A stretch of DNA of 64,000 bases from Macrostomum lignano. Lineage: Eukaryota. A program made the position numbers and the translations under genes. The notes beneath the pieces are model-generated. The model worked only from the letters and a program-made list of their open reading frames with translations. It was not told the origin of the DNA and ran no database searches. Where the stretch lies: contig NIVC01000260.1 in assembly GCA_002269645.1 (NCBI GenBank), forward strand, positions 558,001 through 622,000, given 5' to 3'. Shown here one piece after another: positions 36,300 through 48,634 of this stretch; the stretch's first letter is position 1, and each line of letters starts with the position of its first letter.

Positions 36300-38470
36300 A
36301 GGCGCCATAATATGTACACTCGTACTCAAGATGACAAGAAAGACACCAACAACGAATGCTTGCAGAAGCGGAGACAAGGAGACAAGGAAGTCTGTTGTTC
36401 GACTGACAAGGCCTGTGCGGTTAAGGCACGTCAGTCCCGAGTCGCTGTCGTTTGGCGACTTTATCGACTTGGGGGCACAGGACTCGAAGTCCTCCGCCGG
36501 GTCACCATGTGCCCCCACGGAGGAACTTCCCTAAAGGGGCCCGAGCTCAACGGAATTGCCAAGCGACCTTGTCTTTGTGGTTTGACGGGAAGAGCTGGCT
36601 GGGACCGAGATGCCGAAGGACCGAGTCAGGTTCGTGCTCGATGGTGTAAAGAACAGCTTCAGAAGTACACGGCAATTCAAAGTGATGGATTTTAAGAAGC
36701 ACACGGCAAATCACAGATCGGCTACTGTTCTGTGCAGATTCTGTGCACCTGTATGCTCTTTTGGGCTTCGGCTTCCGTTTTGTACTGTCATGAGCTGAGT
36801 CAAACTGTGCGTTTTATGATGTTGAAACATGGTTTCGACGCCATAGAGACCTACATGGATGACTTCGTCTTTTGTGGAGATCTGGAGAGTGCTGCTGGAA
36901 GTTCTACAATCATCTCATCGATCTGCTGGAGCGGCTGGTATTCACTGAATCGTAGCAAGTGTTGTTCCACCGACAACGCGGATGACCTTTCTGGGAATTT
37001 TATTCGATAGCGTGGCTGGCGGTCAGATGTCTTCCTGTCGACAAGGTCCAAAGTTTTTTGCACGTTTTATCTCTCTGCTCTTCGAAGAAAAGGCTGTCAA
37101 AGTCAAGTTTACAAAAGCTGATTGGCATGTTAAACTGGGCGTCGCAAGTTGTTCGGCACGGGAGAGTTTTCCTCCGACCTCTAATCGACATTTTCGACAA
37201 ACTGAATCGGCCTCATGACAGGATTCTTGTTGGCCCCTCCGTGGTGCACCACCTCTCCTGGTGGCGTTTGGCTTTGCAGCATTGCATCGGTATTGGTCTG
37301 TAGACTTCGCGGAGGGCTTGTGTTACCATGGAGACCGACTCGTCGTCTTCAGGTGCTGCGGCTGTGCTCTGTGACGTTGATAGAATTCGCGATTGGTGCT
37401 TCATTGTCTGGCAGACTGGCGCGAATGGTGTTTATCAGCATTACTGCATCGATTTCAAGGAGGCTGTGGTTATCTTGCCGGCTGTTTTGAGATCGGGCCA
37501 ATCCTTGGCCGGGGTCAGGTGCGACAATGATAGGGCGTGTTGGATTCTGAGACGAGGCGTCTCCAAGGACTCGCGGCTTATGTGGTTGCTGTAGTTTGTT
37601 GCGTTGCTCTGTCCGTGTTTTGACGTAAAATTTTTACGGTGTTTCCCGTTCCAGGGTGTCTATCAGCTGTTTGCCGATGCTGCTAATGAGTTGCTCATTT
37701 TTTTCAGTTTTTATGTCTCTGTGCAAATTTTCCCTGCAGAATTTTCGGATCACCCTCGGCACCGCCGCCTCCGGCCTCCTCGCCGCAGCAGACCGTACGC
37801 ACCGCAGTCGCGTAGGGCCGATCTCAGCGGCCGTCCGGTCCTGGCGCAGTTACTGCAGCGAGAACGGGACCAACCCGGTTCGATCCGACTGGTCGGTGCT
37901 TACCCAACTACCTGGCTCACCTGGTTGAATGCCGCCTGAGATCGTTTAACAGTCAGCGTGTCCACGTCAGTGCACTGTCCAGCTAAGTCAAAGCCTGTGG
38001 TGCTGAGGACCTAACAAAACAGAATGGGCCAGCGGCCAAGACGGAATCTGCAGATGTCTGTGAGGATCCAGCTTAATTTGAGCAGTAACCTGGTAGAGTC
38101 TGCTGGCTTGTGAGCCTGATTGCTAGGTGGGGGGTGTTTCGGCGGTCCAGTCTCCGCTTTATCGATCTCCATCTCAGCCTTTCAACGCCACTTTCGGTTG
38201 TGCTCTCCGTCAGTTATGGCAAGACGAACCAGTTTGTCGCGATGCTGCAGCGAGTGTTGCTTCCAAGGCTAAAAGTCGGACACCCGCTTTGCCCGGTGGC
38301 CGTGCTAGAGAATCACCTCTGCATCAGCAAGCTTGGCGACAGGCAGCCTGTTTTCTCCTACCAGTTGGCGAGCGGATCCTACCTGCGATGGGAGCTGGCA
38401 AATGGACCACCTGGTCAGGCCTTGTGCCTCAGTAGCTGCATCCAAAAAAGGGCCACCTGGAAGGCATGAG
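36300..38470 (+). mobile_element. Degenerate tyrosine-recombinase retrotransposon (DIRS/Ngaro-like)
   Basis: In order: RT (ETYMDDF, TFLGILFDS, LQKLIGMLNWASQVV), RNase H (TDSSSSG, VRCDN), then YR-like KTNQF...LCPVAVL. The frames are broken by stops and frameshifts; termini were not resolved. Confidence 0.8.
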
Positions 38471-38819
38471 CCCCAGAAGTTGGTACCCCGCCATGGCGAA
38501 ACTGACCTGGCCCGATGGGTATAGGTTACGCCTGTGGTTGGTCTCTGAGGAGATCGAAGCAGGTCCACAAGGTGGGTTGGCGGTGCCAAGCCTTGCAAAT
38601 CATAAACAGCTTCGCAGTCAGGACCCCCAACATTTTCGCCTTTGAACCCCGCCGTATGGGTCTGCCATCTTTGTGAGGCAACCCATAGGAATTCAATGTT
38701 GAGATGGCCCCAGCTAGCATACGCTTCTGACCTACCCCTATTACGCTCTCGTATCATCGGTAGATCGGTAGGTCCACGCCGCATGGCACCCCGTTTAACA
38801 ACAACAATATTATAACGCT

Positions 38820-39180
38820 TGGATGACTACTGAATTCTTGAGAGACTGGCTGAGGATGTCCAGCAGTTGATTTTTGCCCAGTGGCTTGATCAGCGAAACC
38901 AGAGAAATTCGCAACAGGGTGTCCATAGTCACCTGGTGCCACCTGCTGAAGGTCCAGAAGCTCCGACCAACGAAGCCAGAGCTGATGCAGGCACGTAGCT
39001 TATATGGTCAACGTGCTGATAAAATTTGGAGGCTTGGCAAGGCTGCACTGAGGCCACGCAGTACTGATTGGCGCACAGGGGTGTACTGAATACACTGGCG
39101 CCTATGGGAGAAACCCGACCTTCTGGCAGAATCGTTGAATATCTCGACGGTGCATGGGTTTGCGACTTGATTCTTGCTTT
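38820..39180 (+). mobile_element. Diverged partial copy of the 151-bp-repeat element
   Basis: Shares GAGGATGTCCAGCAGTTGATTTTTGCCC, GTCCATAGTCACCTGGTGCCACC and GGCGCACAGGGGTGTACTGAATACAC with 22947-24248. Confidence 0.8.
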
Positions 39181-39816
39181 AGGTGTGTGTGTGCCGGCGC
39201 AGTCTCTCTTGCTAGTTCTACTGTTTATTAGTTGCAACAATAAACGATGGAAGAACGTCGACCGATCTGGGGGCGCCTTTCGTTGCTGCGCCTCACTCGA
39301 CTGTCTTTGCCTCTTCATTGCTAAATCTTTGCTACATGTATATCTATATATAATCGTTTTAACAATTTTTATGCGATGCTTTTAAGATGCGATGCGTTTT
39401 ACTTGGAGTTGGCTGGTTTGCCTCACCGCTTTCTCCCTGAGCTGTGCCCCCTTACCTGCTAAACTGCAGCTCGTTACCGTAGCATTATGGATTCGAAAAA
39501 ATCTATAAACCAGATCGTAACTACTAGCAAAGCAAGTCTGGGCAACTTGCAAATTTTATTTCTAGGCTATGATTATTGTTCCTAGCAAAAATGAATTTAT
39601 CAACGCTAAAAAATATGCATTTTTGGAATGCCATTGTGTATTTAGATGTTCGAAATTTACTCAATTGTTTCTCAAGTTTTGCAGAAATAGTTTATAAAGC
39701 TCAGATTCCATTCAAAGCGAATTCCTTCTGGATAAAAATTGCGACAACAGAGTTAGAAACTTTAGCGTAACTTTTCTTTCATTTTCTTAAAATCTGTGTT
39801 ATTCTTTCCATTCGAA

Positions 39817-40533
39817 TCAGAGCAGTCGGAACTTGACCCAGTCGGCGCTCGTCTCGATCTCCGCCTCCACCTGAGCGTCGGTGAACAGCAGCAGGCGGCA
39901 GGCTCTCAGCTTGCTGTTGTACAGCACGTGTCTGCAGCTGGCGTCACTCATAGCGGCTGCAATGCACCTCATGGCGCTGCTCACATTCGGCACATCGGTG
40001 AAGCAGTACTCGGTGTTGTAGGTGGCTCTCTTGAACGACACCTTCTTCCAATTGGCAAGCTTCCGGTAAGCAGAGGGGTCCTTGTACTCGCAAGCGAATC
40101 CATAGTTATGGCTGCAGTTGGCGTCTCTGAGCAGCCCCAGATGGTCCATTCGAATGCAGTTTTCGTCATATCCTGACGGCTCGTATTCGTAAAACAGATC
40201 AAAGGGAGGGTCAGCGAAGCCGTTTCCGTTGACCCTCTGCCAGCCGGCTCTCTTGTTGCCTCTCTCATCGGCCAGGTCGCTCAGTCCGATCCACAGCTGG
40301 CAGCTGCAGGATGAGCTGATGCCGCTGCGATTCAGTGTCAGGATGGAGCTGTGCGAGTTAACGAGCTCGCCTCCGATCGATGCGCACTGCCGATTGGCTG
40401 AGCACCAGCTGTGGCTGTGAGCTGTGCTCACGAACAGGCACAGACCGGCCTGCATGGTGAACGGTGCGGGACACGGCAGGGCCTGCGACTGCAGCAGCTG
40501 GCAGCTCAGCAGCAGCAGCAGCAGCACAAGCAT
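39817..40533 (-). CDS. C-type lectin + PAN/apple-like secreted protein, copy 5 (intact, 238 aa)
   Basis: Complete ORF; closest paralog of copy 4. Confidence 0.9.
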   Translation of the reverse strand: MLVLLLLLLSCQLLQSQALPCPAPFTMQAGLCLFVSTAHSHSWCSANRQCASIGGELVNSHSSILTLNRSGISSSCSCQLWIGLSDLADERGNKRAGWQRVNGNGFADPPFDLFYEYEPSGYDENCIRMDHLGLLRDANCSHNYGFACEYKDPSAYRKLANWKKVSFKRATYNTEYCFTDVPNVSSAMRCIAAAMSDASCRHVLYNSKLRACRLLLFTDAQVEAEIETSADWVKFRLL

Positions 40534-40627
40534 TTGGCGATGCTTTGAGTCTAAAATAATTGTCTCTGGAATATTATCTTCATATATAGAACCGACTGAA
40601 TCACCTTAGAGCACATTAACAGTAGCT

Positions 40628-41897
40628 CGTAGAACTACCAAGGGGGTGGGGAAATTCCCCCCCCTGACAATTTTTTTTGCTGCGCCGGAACGGAGCAACG
40701 CAGGCACACGAAATTCAAGAACACGGGCTAACTTTTTGTTGCGCACCTTCTCAAACAAGAATCAAGTCACCAGCCCTCCGGACCGTCGAGATATTCGACG
40801 ATTCTGCCAGAAGGTCGGATTTTTCCCATAAGCGCCAGTGTATTCAGTACACCCCTGTGCGCCAATTAGCACTGCGCCTCAGTGCAGCCTTGCCCAGTCT
40901 CCAAATTTCATCAGCACGTCGACCACATGTGTCTGCATCAGTTCTGACTTCGTTGGTCACTGGCCTGCACCCAGGTGGAGCTTCTGGACCCTCAACAGCT
41001 GTGGCACCAGGTGACTATGGACACCCTGATGCGGATTTCTCTACGAGCTAGTTTCGCCGATCAAGCCTTGACAGTGGGCAAAAATTAACTGCTGGACATC
41101 CTCAGCTAGTCAGTTAAGCATTCAGCCATCACCCCGACGCCGTCGGCACCTTCAACAGGTGACACCAGGTGAGTAAGGACACCTGAGCGTGATTTTTCAT
41201 AATGCGCTTAACATTTCTGAAGCTCCACAGCTGTTGAAGGTGCCGATGGCGTCGGGGTGATGACGGAATGCTCGAGAGACTAGCTGAGGATGTCCAGCAG
41301 TTGAGGCTTGCCCACTGTCGAGGCTTGATCGGCGAAACTAGAGAAATCAGCATCAGGGTGCCCATAGTCATCTGGTGTAATTTGTTGAAGGTGCCGACGG
41401 CATCAAGGTGATGACGAAATGCTCGAGAGACTAGCTGAGAATGTCTGACGGTTGATTCTTGCCCACTGTCGAGGCTTGATCGGCGAAACTAGCTCGTAGA
41501 GAAATCCGCATCAGGGTGTCCATAGTCACCTGGTGCCACAGCTGTTGAGGGTCCAGAAGCTCCACCTGGGTGCAGGCCAGTGACCAACAAAGTCAGAACT
41601 GATGCAGACACATGTGGTCGACGTGCTGATGAAATTTGGAGACTGGGCAAGGCTGCACTGAGGCGCAGTGCTAATTGGCGCACAGGGGTGTACTGAATAC
41701 ACTAGCACTTATGGGAAAAATCCGACCTTCTGGCAGAATCGTCGAATATCTCGACGGTCCGGAGGGCTGGCGACTTGATTCATGTTTGAGAAGGTGCGCA
41801 ACAAAAAGTTAGCCCGTGTTCTTGAATTTCGTGTGCCTGCGTTGCTCTGTTTAGGGGAAATTCCCCCCCCCCTTGGTAGTTCGACGGGCGGAATAAT
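40628..41897. mobile_element. Head-to-head pair of the 151-bp-repeat element forming a ~1.27-kb imperfect palindrome
   Basis: 40628-41226 is a reverse-oriented copy and 41227-41897 a forward, 5'-truncated copy; the outer ~450 bp of the two arms are near-identical inverted repeats. Confidence 0.82.
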
Positions 41898-41901
41898 GGC
41901 T

Positions 41902-44900
41902 CACGGTGCTTCCCACGTGGCAAAATGACTTAAAAAATTGCCCAAGAAAACGGTTACTAATGTTGCAAACTAGGGTGCCTCAGCTGTCTAAAACATATTT
42001 TAAAAGAATCGTAAGTGCTTGTCTTGTCATGATATAGTAATTTTTATTCTAACGGCCTTTTCTATTAAGCAGAGCCAACTAAGAGCAATATATATTAAAT
42101 TAACATTAAGCAGAAAAAATGTAAGAAAAAATTAATGCGAATTTAAACAAAATAAAGCTGAAATTTAGGCCACAAATTTTTAAGAAATAGTAGAAGAATA
42201 AGCAATACTAAATGAAATTCAACAAAGAACAAGTTAAGTTCGTACAGTAAAGACAAAAGGAATTTGAAACTAAGCTACAAGTAAATTGTCAAATGTGAAA
42301 GCTGTTGTATGCAATGACAGCTGAGAGCAACGCGTCTGGGAATTTGCTGTGCTGCGTGGGCACAGCAAATCTCTGCCAAGTTTGAGCGAAATCGCGGTGC
42401 ACGCTCTCAAAGGATTGTTCGCTAAACAGGCCGAGTGCGCTACCAGTGGCGCTACAGAAGGTTCCTACGTGGTGCAGCAGCACGTGCACTTTCGGGAAAA
42501 TTGGCAGACCAAGCAGCTCAAATGCAGTCTTGAACTGCAAAATGTGCTGCTGGAAATCTGCATGCAGCTGGGAACCGAAGCAGCTACTGACGACGGAATC
42601 TAAACGCATCAAACAAGAACCGTAGGGCTTCAGGTTCTGCGGCAGATACTCATGAAGCTCTGCAGATTTGCGAAGCAGAGTGCGGCAGGCGTTTCCCTCC
42701 ATGCTGCCGCCACGGTATCCAACGCGCACAATGCTGCGGTCATGGGCCCACTGATACGCGCAGTCGTTGCCCCACGCCGAGTTCAATGCGTCGAAGATGC
42801 GATTCGTGATGCCAAGCATCAGATGCAGCTCCGGTGGAGGCAGAACGAACAGAATCTCGGCTTCATCGTCTGCCTGAAGCAGAGGGGCCTCAACGCAGTT
42901 GTAGAAATCCTTTGCACTGCTTCTCTCTTTGCCGCTGCTGGCGAAGTCCACGGCCATCTGTCGTATTCTTCCAACAGTTCTCATCGGGCCACAGGTGTTC
43001 AGTGGCACAGGAGCCTCGCAATAGCAGCATGGATGCCTGGATGCATGTGACTGGAGGCCACAGATGAGGTTCGCAACCTTCATGTCAGCTGCTACTGCAT
43101 TCACCGTTACTCCTCCAAGGCTCAAATGCTGAAAGAGAACTTTGATGCTATTGTAGCACTCGCTCATGTCTGGCACAGCTGCTAGCAGCAACAGCTTTTT
43201 TACTCCAGAATCGGCAAACAGCTGGTCCTTTGTCGACTGACTTTCTTGGCTATCACCTCGATGCAGCAGGCTGGCACAAATTTTAAAAAATCCACCGCCT
43301 CCGTCAAGACCAAGCTTTACGTCGACATCCGTGTAGCCCCTCTCAGAAGCGACCTTCTCAATCAGGCCTTGCACATCACTGCAGATCACGGCGTTTTTTG
43401 CGGTAGCCACTTTGCTGTCGACTTCAAGCAGCTTGCTCACAAAAAAGTCTTTCAGATGCCGGCTTCTGGCAGTGAGGCTTGCACCCAAGTTCGACTGCAC
43501 AGCCTTCCCTGAGCCGGCTCCTTTTCGCAAAATGCTGGCCGCTTGCAGAGTTTGCCGGTTGCTGAGATTTAATGCAACTTTCAGCCGAAGCATCGTGTTA
43601 GCTGTTGTTGGAGCCAGCTGTCGTGTGCTGCAGGCTGTGTTGGCCACAGTGACAGCTAGAGGTCTGCCTCCTTGCGCTCTTTTCAGTGCAACGGTGCTTG
43701 CCCCGGTGGCCTGCAGCTTGGCAGCAACTGTAGTGCTAGCGACTTGCTCTGCTGTTCCAGGGCTGATCAAGCTGCTCAGATTTGCTAGCCGGGTTGCTTT
43801 GTTGCAGCGATGCGGCTTGCCCTTGCCGATGGGCGAGTGGCAGCCAGAGCAGAGCCGCAAAGGAGCCTGGGCTGCATCTGCACTAGTTGAAGGACGGCCT
43901 CTGGCGCAGTTAAGTGTACCAGTTGCATAGGTGCTGTGTGGATCTGCATTTTTGCGCAGGTTGCTGCGGGCAATCTTGCAGATCTCGCAATGGCAGTTTG
44001 GTTGCGATCTTCGACTCACAGGAATGCTGCTCAGATCTGCTAGCATTTGCTCGTAGTTGAGTCTGGGCGGCAAAGGCCGAGGTGCTGGGCCTCCAAGCGA
44101 AGAAATAATTCGACGGCAGCCCTCGCAGACTCCAACAGGCAGAAGATGCCGCACAGACGAATAATTCGGAAGGACGTACTGCTCAACAGTTGTGATGTCA
44201 TTCAGGCGGCGCTCAGCCTTTCGCAGACAAAGTAGACATACACTCTGCTGGCACTGGTCATGGGACTTCAAGCTGTTGGGCATTGCTTAATCAACTATCT
44301 TTTCTAGAAGATAGGTCGTAGAGTTTAGCTAGAATTCAGGAGTATGAGCTGATTTTCTTGACCTTTGTCACACTAACAATATTTAACCCAATGCTTCTCT
44401 AACTCACCTTATCAACTCATTTTAAAGCCAATCCAATATACTAAAAATGAAAATCAATAAACTGAAAGTAAAATTTATTGATTAGGGCTAAAGCACTATG
44501 CAAGAGCACTCATTTAGAACCACTACTAGGATAGACGCAGTTGCACCTGGAGAGGTGAACATTGCACGAATGTACTCCTGTTCACCCCACCCCTCTGACA
44601 CTTTTCCAATATAAGCTCTTCATACAATTAGGGGCATATTGCGTGATTTGAGGCAGTGACTTGAGTTCAACCACTCCCTCACTTTAAAATTATTGATTGT
44701 ACTTGTCTCATAAATGATTAAACTTGAAGTTCTACACTTTACAATGTATTAAAGACACTTGAAATAGTATAAGTGTTTAATTGGCTTTATCATGACAAGA
44801 CAAGCACTTATGATTCTTTTAAAATATGTTTTAGACAGCTGAGGCACCCTAGTCTGCAACATTAGTAACCGTTTTCTTGGGCAATTTTTTAAGTCATTTT

Positions 44901-44920
44901 GCCACGTGGGAAGCACCGTG
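41902..44920. mobile_element. Intact Chapaev-type (CMC) DNA transposon
   Basis: 133-bp TIRs (41902-42034 / 44788-44920) beginning CACGGTG, with 2 mismatches seen; 4-bp TSD GGCT (41898-41901 / 44921-44924); one long ORF. Confidence 0.88.
42289..44283 (-). CDS. Chapaev-like DDE transposase (664 aa)
   Basis: N-terminal H-x7-C-x2-C...P.G.C-x2-C...C.C..C zinc finger (Chapa-like); core LDGGG, ADMK...PCCYC, PELHLMLG, KVHVLLHH, SEQSFESVH. Confidence 0.85.
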   Translation of the reverse strand: MPNSLKSHDQCQQSVCLLCLRKAERRLNDITTVEQYVLPNYSSVRHLLPVGVCEGCRRIISSLGGPAPRPLPPRLNYEQMLADLSSIPVSRRSQPNCHCEICKIARSNLRKNADPHSTYATGTLNCARGRPSTSADAAQAPLRLCSGCHSPIGKGKPHRCNKATRLANLSSLISPGTAEQVASTTVAAKLQATGASTVALKRAQGGRPLAVTVANTACSTRQLAPTTANTMLRLKVALNLSNRQTLQAASILRKGAGSGKAVQSNLGASLTARSRHLKDFFVSKLLEVDSKVATAKNAVICSDVQGLIEKVASERGYTDVDVKLGLDGGGGFFKICASLLHRGDSQESQSTKDQLFADSGVKKLLLLAAVPDMSECYNSIKVLFQHLSLGGVTVNAVAADMKVANLICGLQSHASRHPCCYCEAPVPLNTCGPMRTVGRIRQMAVDFASSGKERSSAKDFYNCVEAPLLQADDEAEILFVLPPPELHLMLGITNRIFDALNSAWGNDCAYQWAHDRSIVRVGYRGGSMEGNACRTLLRKSAELHEYLPQNLKPYGSCLMRLDSVVSSCFGSQLHADFQQHILQFKTAFELLGLPIFPKVHVLLHHVGTFCSATGSALGLFSEQSFESVHRDFAQTWQRFAVPTQHSKFPDALLSAVIAYNSFHI

Positions 44921-45889
44921 GGCTTGGTATTCCTACTGTTAACAGGTTGAGCATTGAATTTGATAGCACTGAATCAGCAATTTCAAACTGCAGAATTTCT
45001 AGCCAAGTAAGCGTCCTTTTTTCGAGAAAATTTTTGTGAAAAAGTATCTTCGAGAGCGGCAACCCCCGGCAACTTTACGACTGACAAAGGGGTATTTTTA
45101 TATTCACCTACATATACGTTCGGCTGACGTATGTGGATTATGTTATAGATAACCCTCTTGCCAGTCGGATGGAGAGAGGGTGAGATATTGATAAATGCAA
45201 AGAAACCTCAAAATTACGAGTGCAGAGTCCTTAGACAGTTGTTTATGATTACGCTTTAAACTGAAAATCATGTATCTCATTAATTCTTGCCTTCTCTGTT
45301 GTTCGTTGCTTTCCTGTCTGTAAGTCGCTAGCGATTCCACTGCAGTGATGTCTGGTAAATTCAGGTGACGATGCTTTCTGCTTCTCTCGACTTTGCTGCA
45401 TTCATTTTATTTCGATATTTTGGATGGCAACGCTGGAAAACTATCTTAATTGCTCTGGAACTGAGCTCTGGAAGAGAGTTGCGTGTGCAATGTCAATAAG
45501 CCGCTGTTAATAGGTTTGATTTTACATTTATTTGACTACCTAATGCATCCAAGCATGAAGTTTTATTTTTATTGACTTTTTTTAAAGCCGATCAAGTCTA
45601 TCGCAGTTTCAGGTCGACGCCAGAGTCCACAGCAGGGTTTAAACTCTAGCATATTGACGGTCAACACACATCCGTCAGTGGGCTGCTGTTTGTCTACAAT
45701 GCTATTTGGATTGGCAATGCGTCCATTTTACTCGTAGTGGGCTGAAAATCCTGCAGCTCAAGTAAATTTCTCTGGCTATTAAATCAAATCAACAACTCTT
45801 CGAATTCGAAACACTGTCTCCATCCTTGTCTCTATCACTCTCCGATCTCTCCTCTCCCCTCTCCTCTCCTTCCCGTAGCCTGCGTGGTA

Positions 45890-47215
45890 AAGGCTCTCAC
45901 GAACGGACCGCGTTTTCTAAACTCTCTGTGGTGAAGAGACCTGATGGCTCGGTTCTTATCCGCGACCGAGAGAAGTTTCTTATCTGAATGTCATCTTTGA
46001 GGCCTTTGGCAGAGCACTGGATTCCAAAGCCACTCACCCTCACCTTGTGGATGATGTTCATGGCCCGGAACCGCACTGTCAAACTTCGCCTGTCCAGAAA
46101 AGGGGCCCTCAGGGCGGGGTTCATACCCCGGTCTCTGGAACATGGTCATGAGTTGCTTTGCAGCGACCTTTCGTGATCTCATTCTCAAGTTGGGCTAGCC
46201 GCCTGAGGGTCAAGAGTAACCTCGACGCTCTCTACAAAATCCAGGGCAGAGCCTGCCAAATGACTATGGGCGCTCCACCCTCTGCTCCTTTTGAGTGCAT
46301 GAATGCCTTCCTCTGTGCCCCTCCTCTGGATATTTATATCAAAGAAGAAGTGGGTGAAGAGCACCCGGCGCCTTCTGTATGTCGGGAAGGCGTTAAAAAA
46401 GGTGCGGGTCTTTAAGAAACGGTCCCTTATCCCGCACTCTGACCTCTGCCTTAAGACTCTCGAGGAGTGTGGCGGGCTCAACATTCTCATGGAGTCGATC
46501 CCAGCCGCCCTTCTCCTGAGCCAGCTCCTGTTCGGCAGAGCTGCGCCGAAGGCAGCTCAGCGCTCAGCGGAACATCAAAGATTTTTCACTCTGACAGCCA
46601 AGCAGCCCTTCGGGCCCTCTGCCGCAGCACCACCAACCCAAAATCTGTCCTGGACTACAATGCCCAGTTCAATGGGCTGGCGCTTGGCAATCAGATGGGG
46701 CTCAGATGGATCCCGGGTCACGCTGGTTTCCTCGGCAACGAGCGCGCTGACTTGCTGGCCAAGGCTGGCTCCGCCGGCGCGTTGCTGGGGCCGGGGCCCA
46801 GGGACCCCATCCCCGCCTCGGTGATCAACTCTCGCGTTAAGCGCTGGGATGTCTGCTGCCGGGATGTCCCTCCCCCCTCCTGCGCAGAGCCCTCCTTAGG
46901 CTTGACCGCAGGGACCTCAGAGCAGTTAGCATTTCCCTCTCAGGGCATGGCTGCTTCTCTCGCCACCGCTTCATTCAGGGCCAGGTACCTGAGGACTGGT
47001 GCCCTTTCTGCCGCTCAGGCAATGAAACTTTATCTGCTCACTCACCTCGGCCCGAAACCCTGGTTCTCCCCGACGTTTGCAGGCCCGAAAGCATCCCGTT
47101 GCTCGCCCGGTACCTCGGGGACACGGGACGAGCTGAGATCTTCCTCATCGCCGGTGAGGAGAACCGCGCTGCAGGCGAGGCCGTCGGGTTCCCCTGAGCG
47201 ACATCGCTTTGATTG
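45890..47215 (+). mobile_element. Decayed, internally deleted RNase H-bearing LINE related to 54152-60048
   Basis: IQGRACQMTMGA..S.PF..M.AFL..PPLD; DSQAAL...LRWIPGHAGFLGNERADLLAKAG (RNase H); large internal gaps. Confidence 0.82.
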
Positions 47216-48634
47216 AAGTCCTTGGTCGCCAGGGGCCAGCGGAATGGGGGTGTCAATCAGTGCCTATTAGCTCGTAGTGTTACGAATTGCTGTCTAAATC
47301 TATTAGTGTCAAGTGAACTGCGGGAAATCGTATCATTTGAATCAATGAGTAAAATAATCAGTACTTATGTGCGATATATCTCAAACCTTATGTGCGATCG
47401 TATTCAACACATTGTTTGTTTAATTATGCTTCATCCTCCTTTATTCTTGCATGATATCACCAGCGGCTGCAATTGGAGAAAGTCTAGTTTGCTATTTTTC
47501 TTTTTGCAAAGTATTTCAAACTCTCTCTTCAGCCTCCAATAACCACACTAAACTATCGCACCTGTTGATTGTTAGTTTTACACAAGCATTTCTCGTCTCA
47601 AGAAGCTAGCTGCTAGCGTTTCTCATCTGCAATGCTTAGCCTTGTTCAAATAAGGAGCAGCTGCAATCGAGGAGCAATAAGTATAGCTCGTATTGCTTAT
47701 ATCTGACTGTTCATGAGGGGAGCAAAATGTATTAGCCACTTTTTGAATAGGAAAAATGTCAGCCCAACTCTAACCATTAAGCTGTCTCACACAGGCATAG
47801 GTATTCGGGCTGTAGCAGTGCAAAGTGGGAGTTGAACTCCTCTTGGTAAGTATTGCTTGGCAAAATGCTGCTCGGCAGTGAATCGAAGGTATAAAAAACA
47901 GTCCGAGATGTAGCAGCTTCATTCAAAATACATTTGGCCCTTTTCTCTCGAATCACATCTTTCATGGTCAAATCATAGAAAGGACATTCCTGACTGAGGC
48001 ATCGCTGCGTTGTTTGAGCAGCCAAAGTAGAGCAGCAAAAACTGCTATGATTTTCTCTTCTTTTTTGGTATTTTAAAAGATTCAGATTGTTCTTCCTTTT
48101 CTCTGTGAGCTGCTAACATTTAGAGTGGAACATCAAAGCAAAGGCCAGTCCTGACAAGCACTACGAGCGTAGACCAGACCCAGACATGTTCGTCGGCTAT
48201 TCGCGGGTATTTACACTGGAAAGACAACTGCATTGCTTGGTGGATATTGAAGCAAGAGTCGGATAAATATTGAATCGCTGATGAACAGATGCTTGCTAAG
48301 CTTTGCAATTCTTCCAATTCGTGAATCGAGCCTGGGCCGCTGGCATATCAGAGCGTCCAGATGACTGAAACGGCCTTACAAAAAGCAATGAAAAATGCGT
48401 TTTACTCCAACGAAGATTCAGACCTTTAAAAACAGGCTTCGCCAACGGATACTGTCTCAGCTCTTAAGCACTCGTAAATGATTGACCTTAGCCTACAAAC
48501 AATAAATTAAGAAGATCAGGCACTGCTCCACTACTAACTCAGATATCAATTGTTTATCAATTTGCTTTTTAAAATTTCCTGTGTCCTTCATTGCTGAGAT
48601 CAGCCATCAGTACTCAGAAGTGACTCATGACTGC

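Noticed and set aside
41902-44920. Transib/ProtoRAG assignment
   Set aside because: The TSD is 4 bp rather than 5, the TIRs are symmetric, no RAG2-like ORF is present, and the N-terminal finger is Chapa-like.
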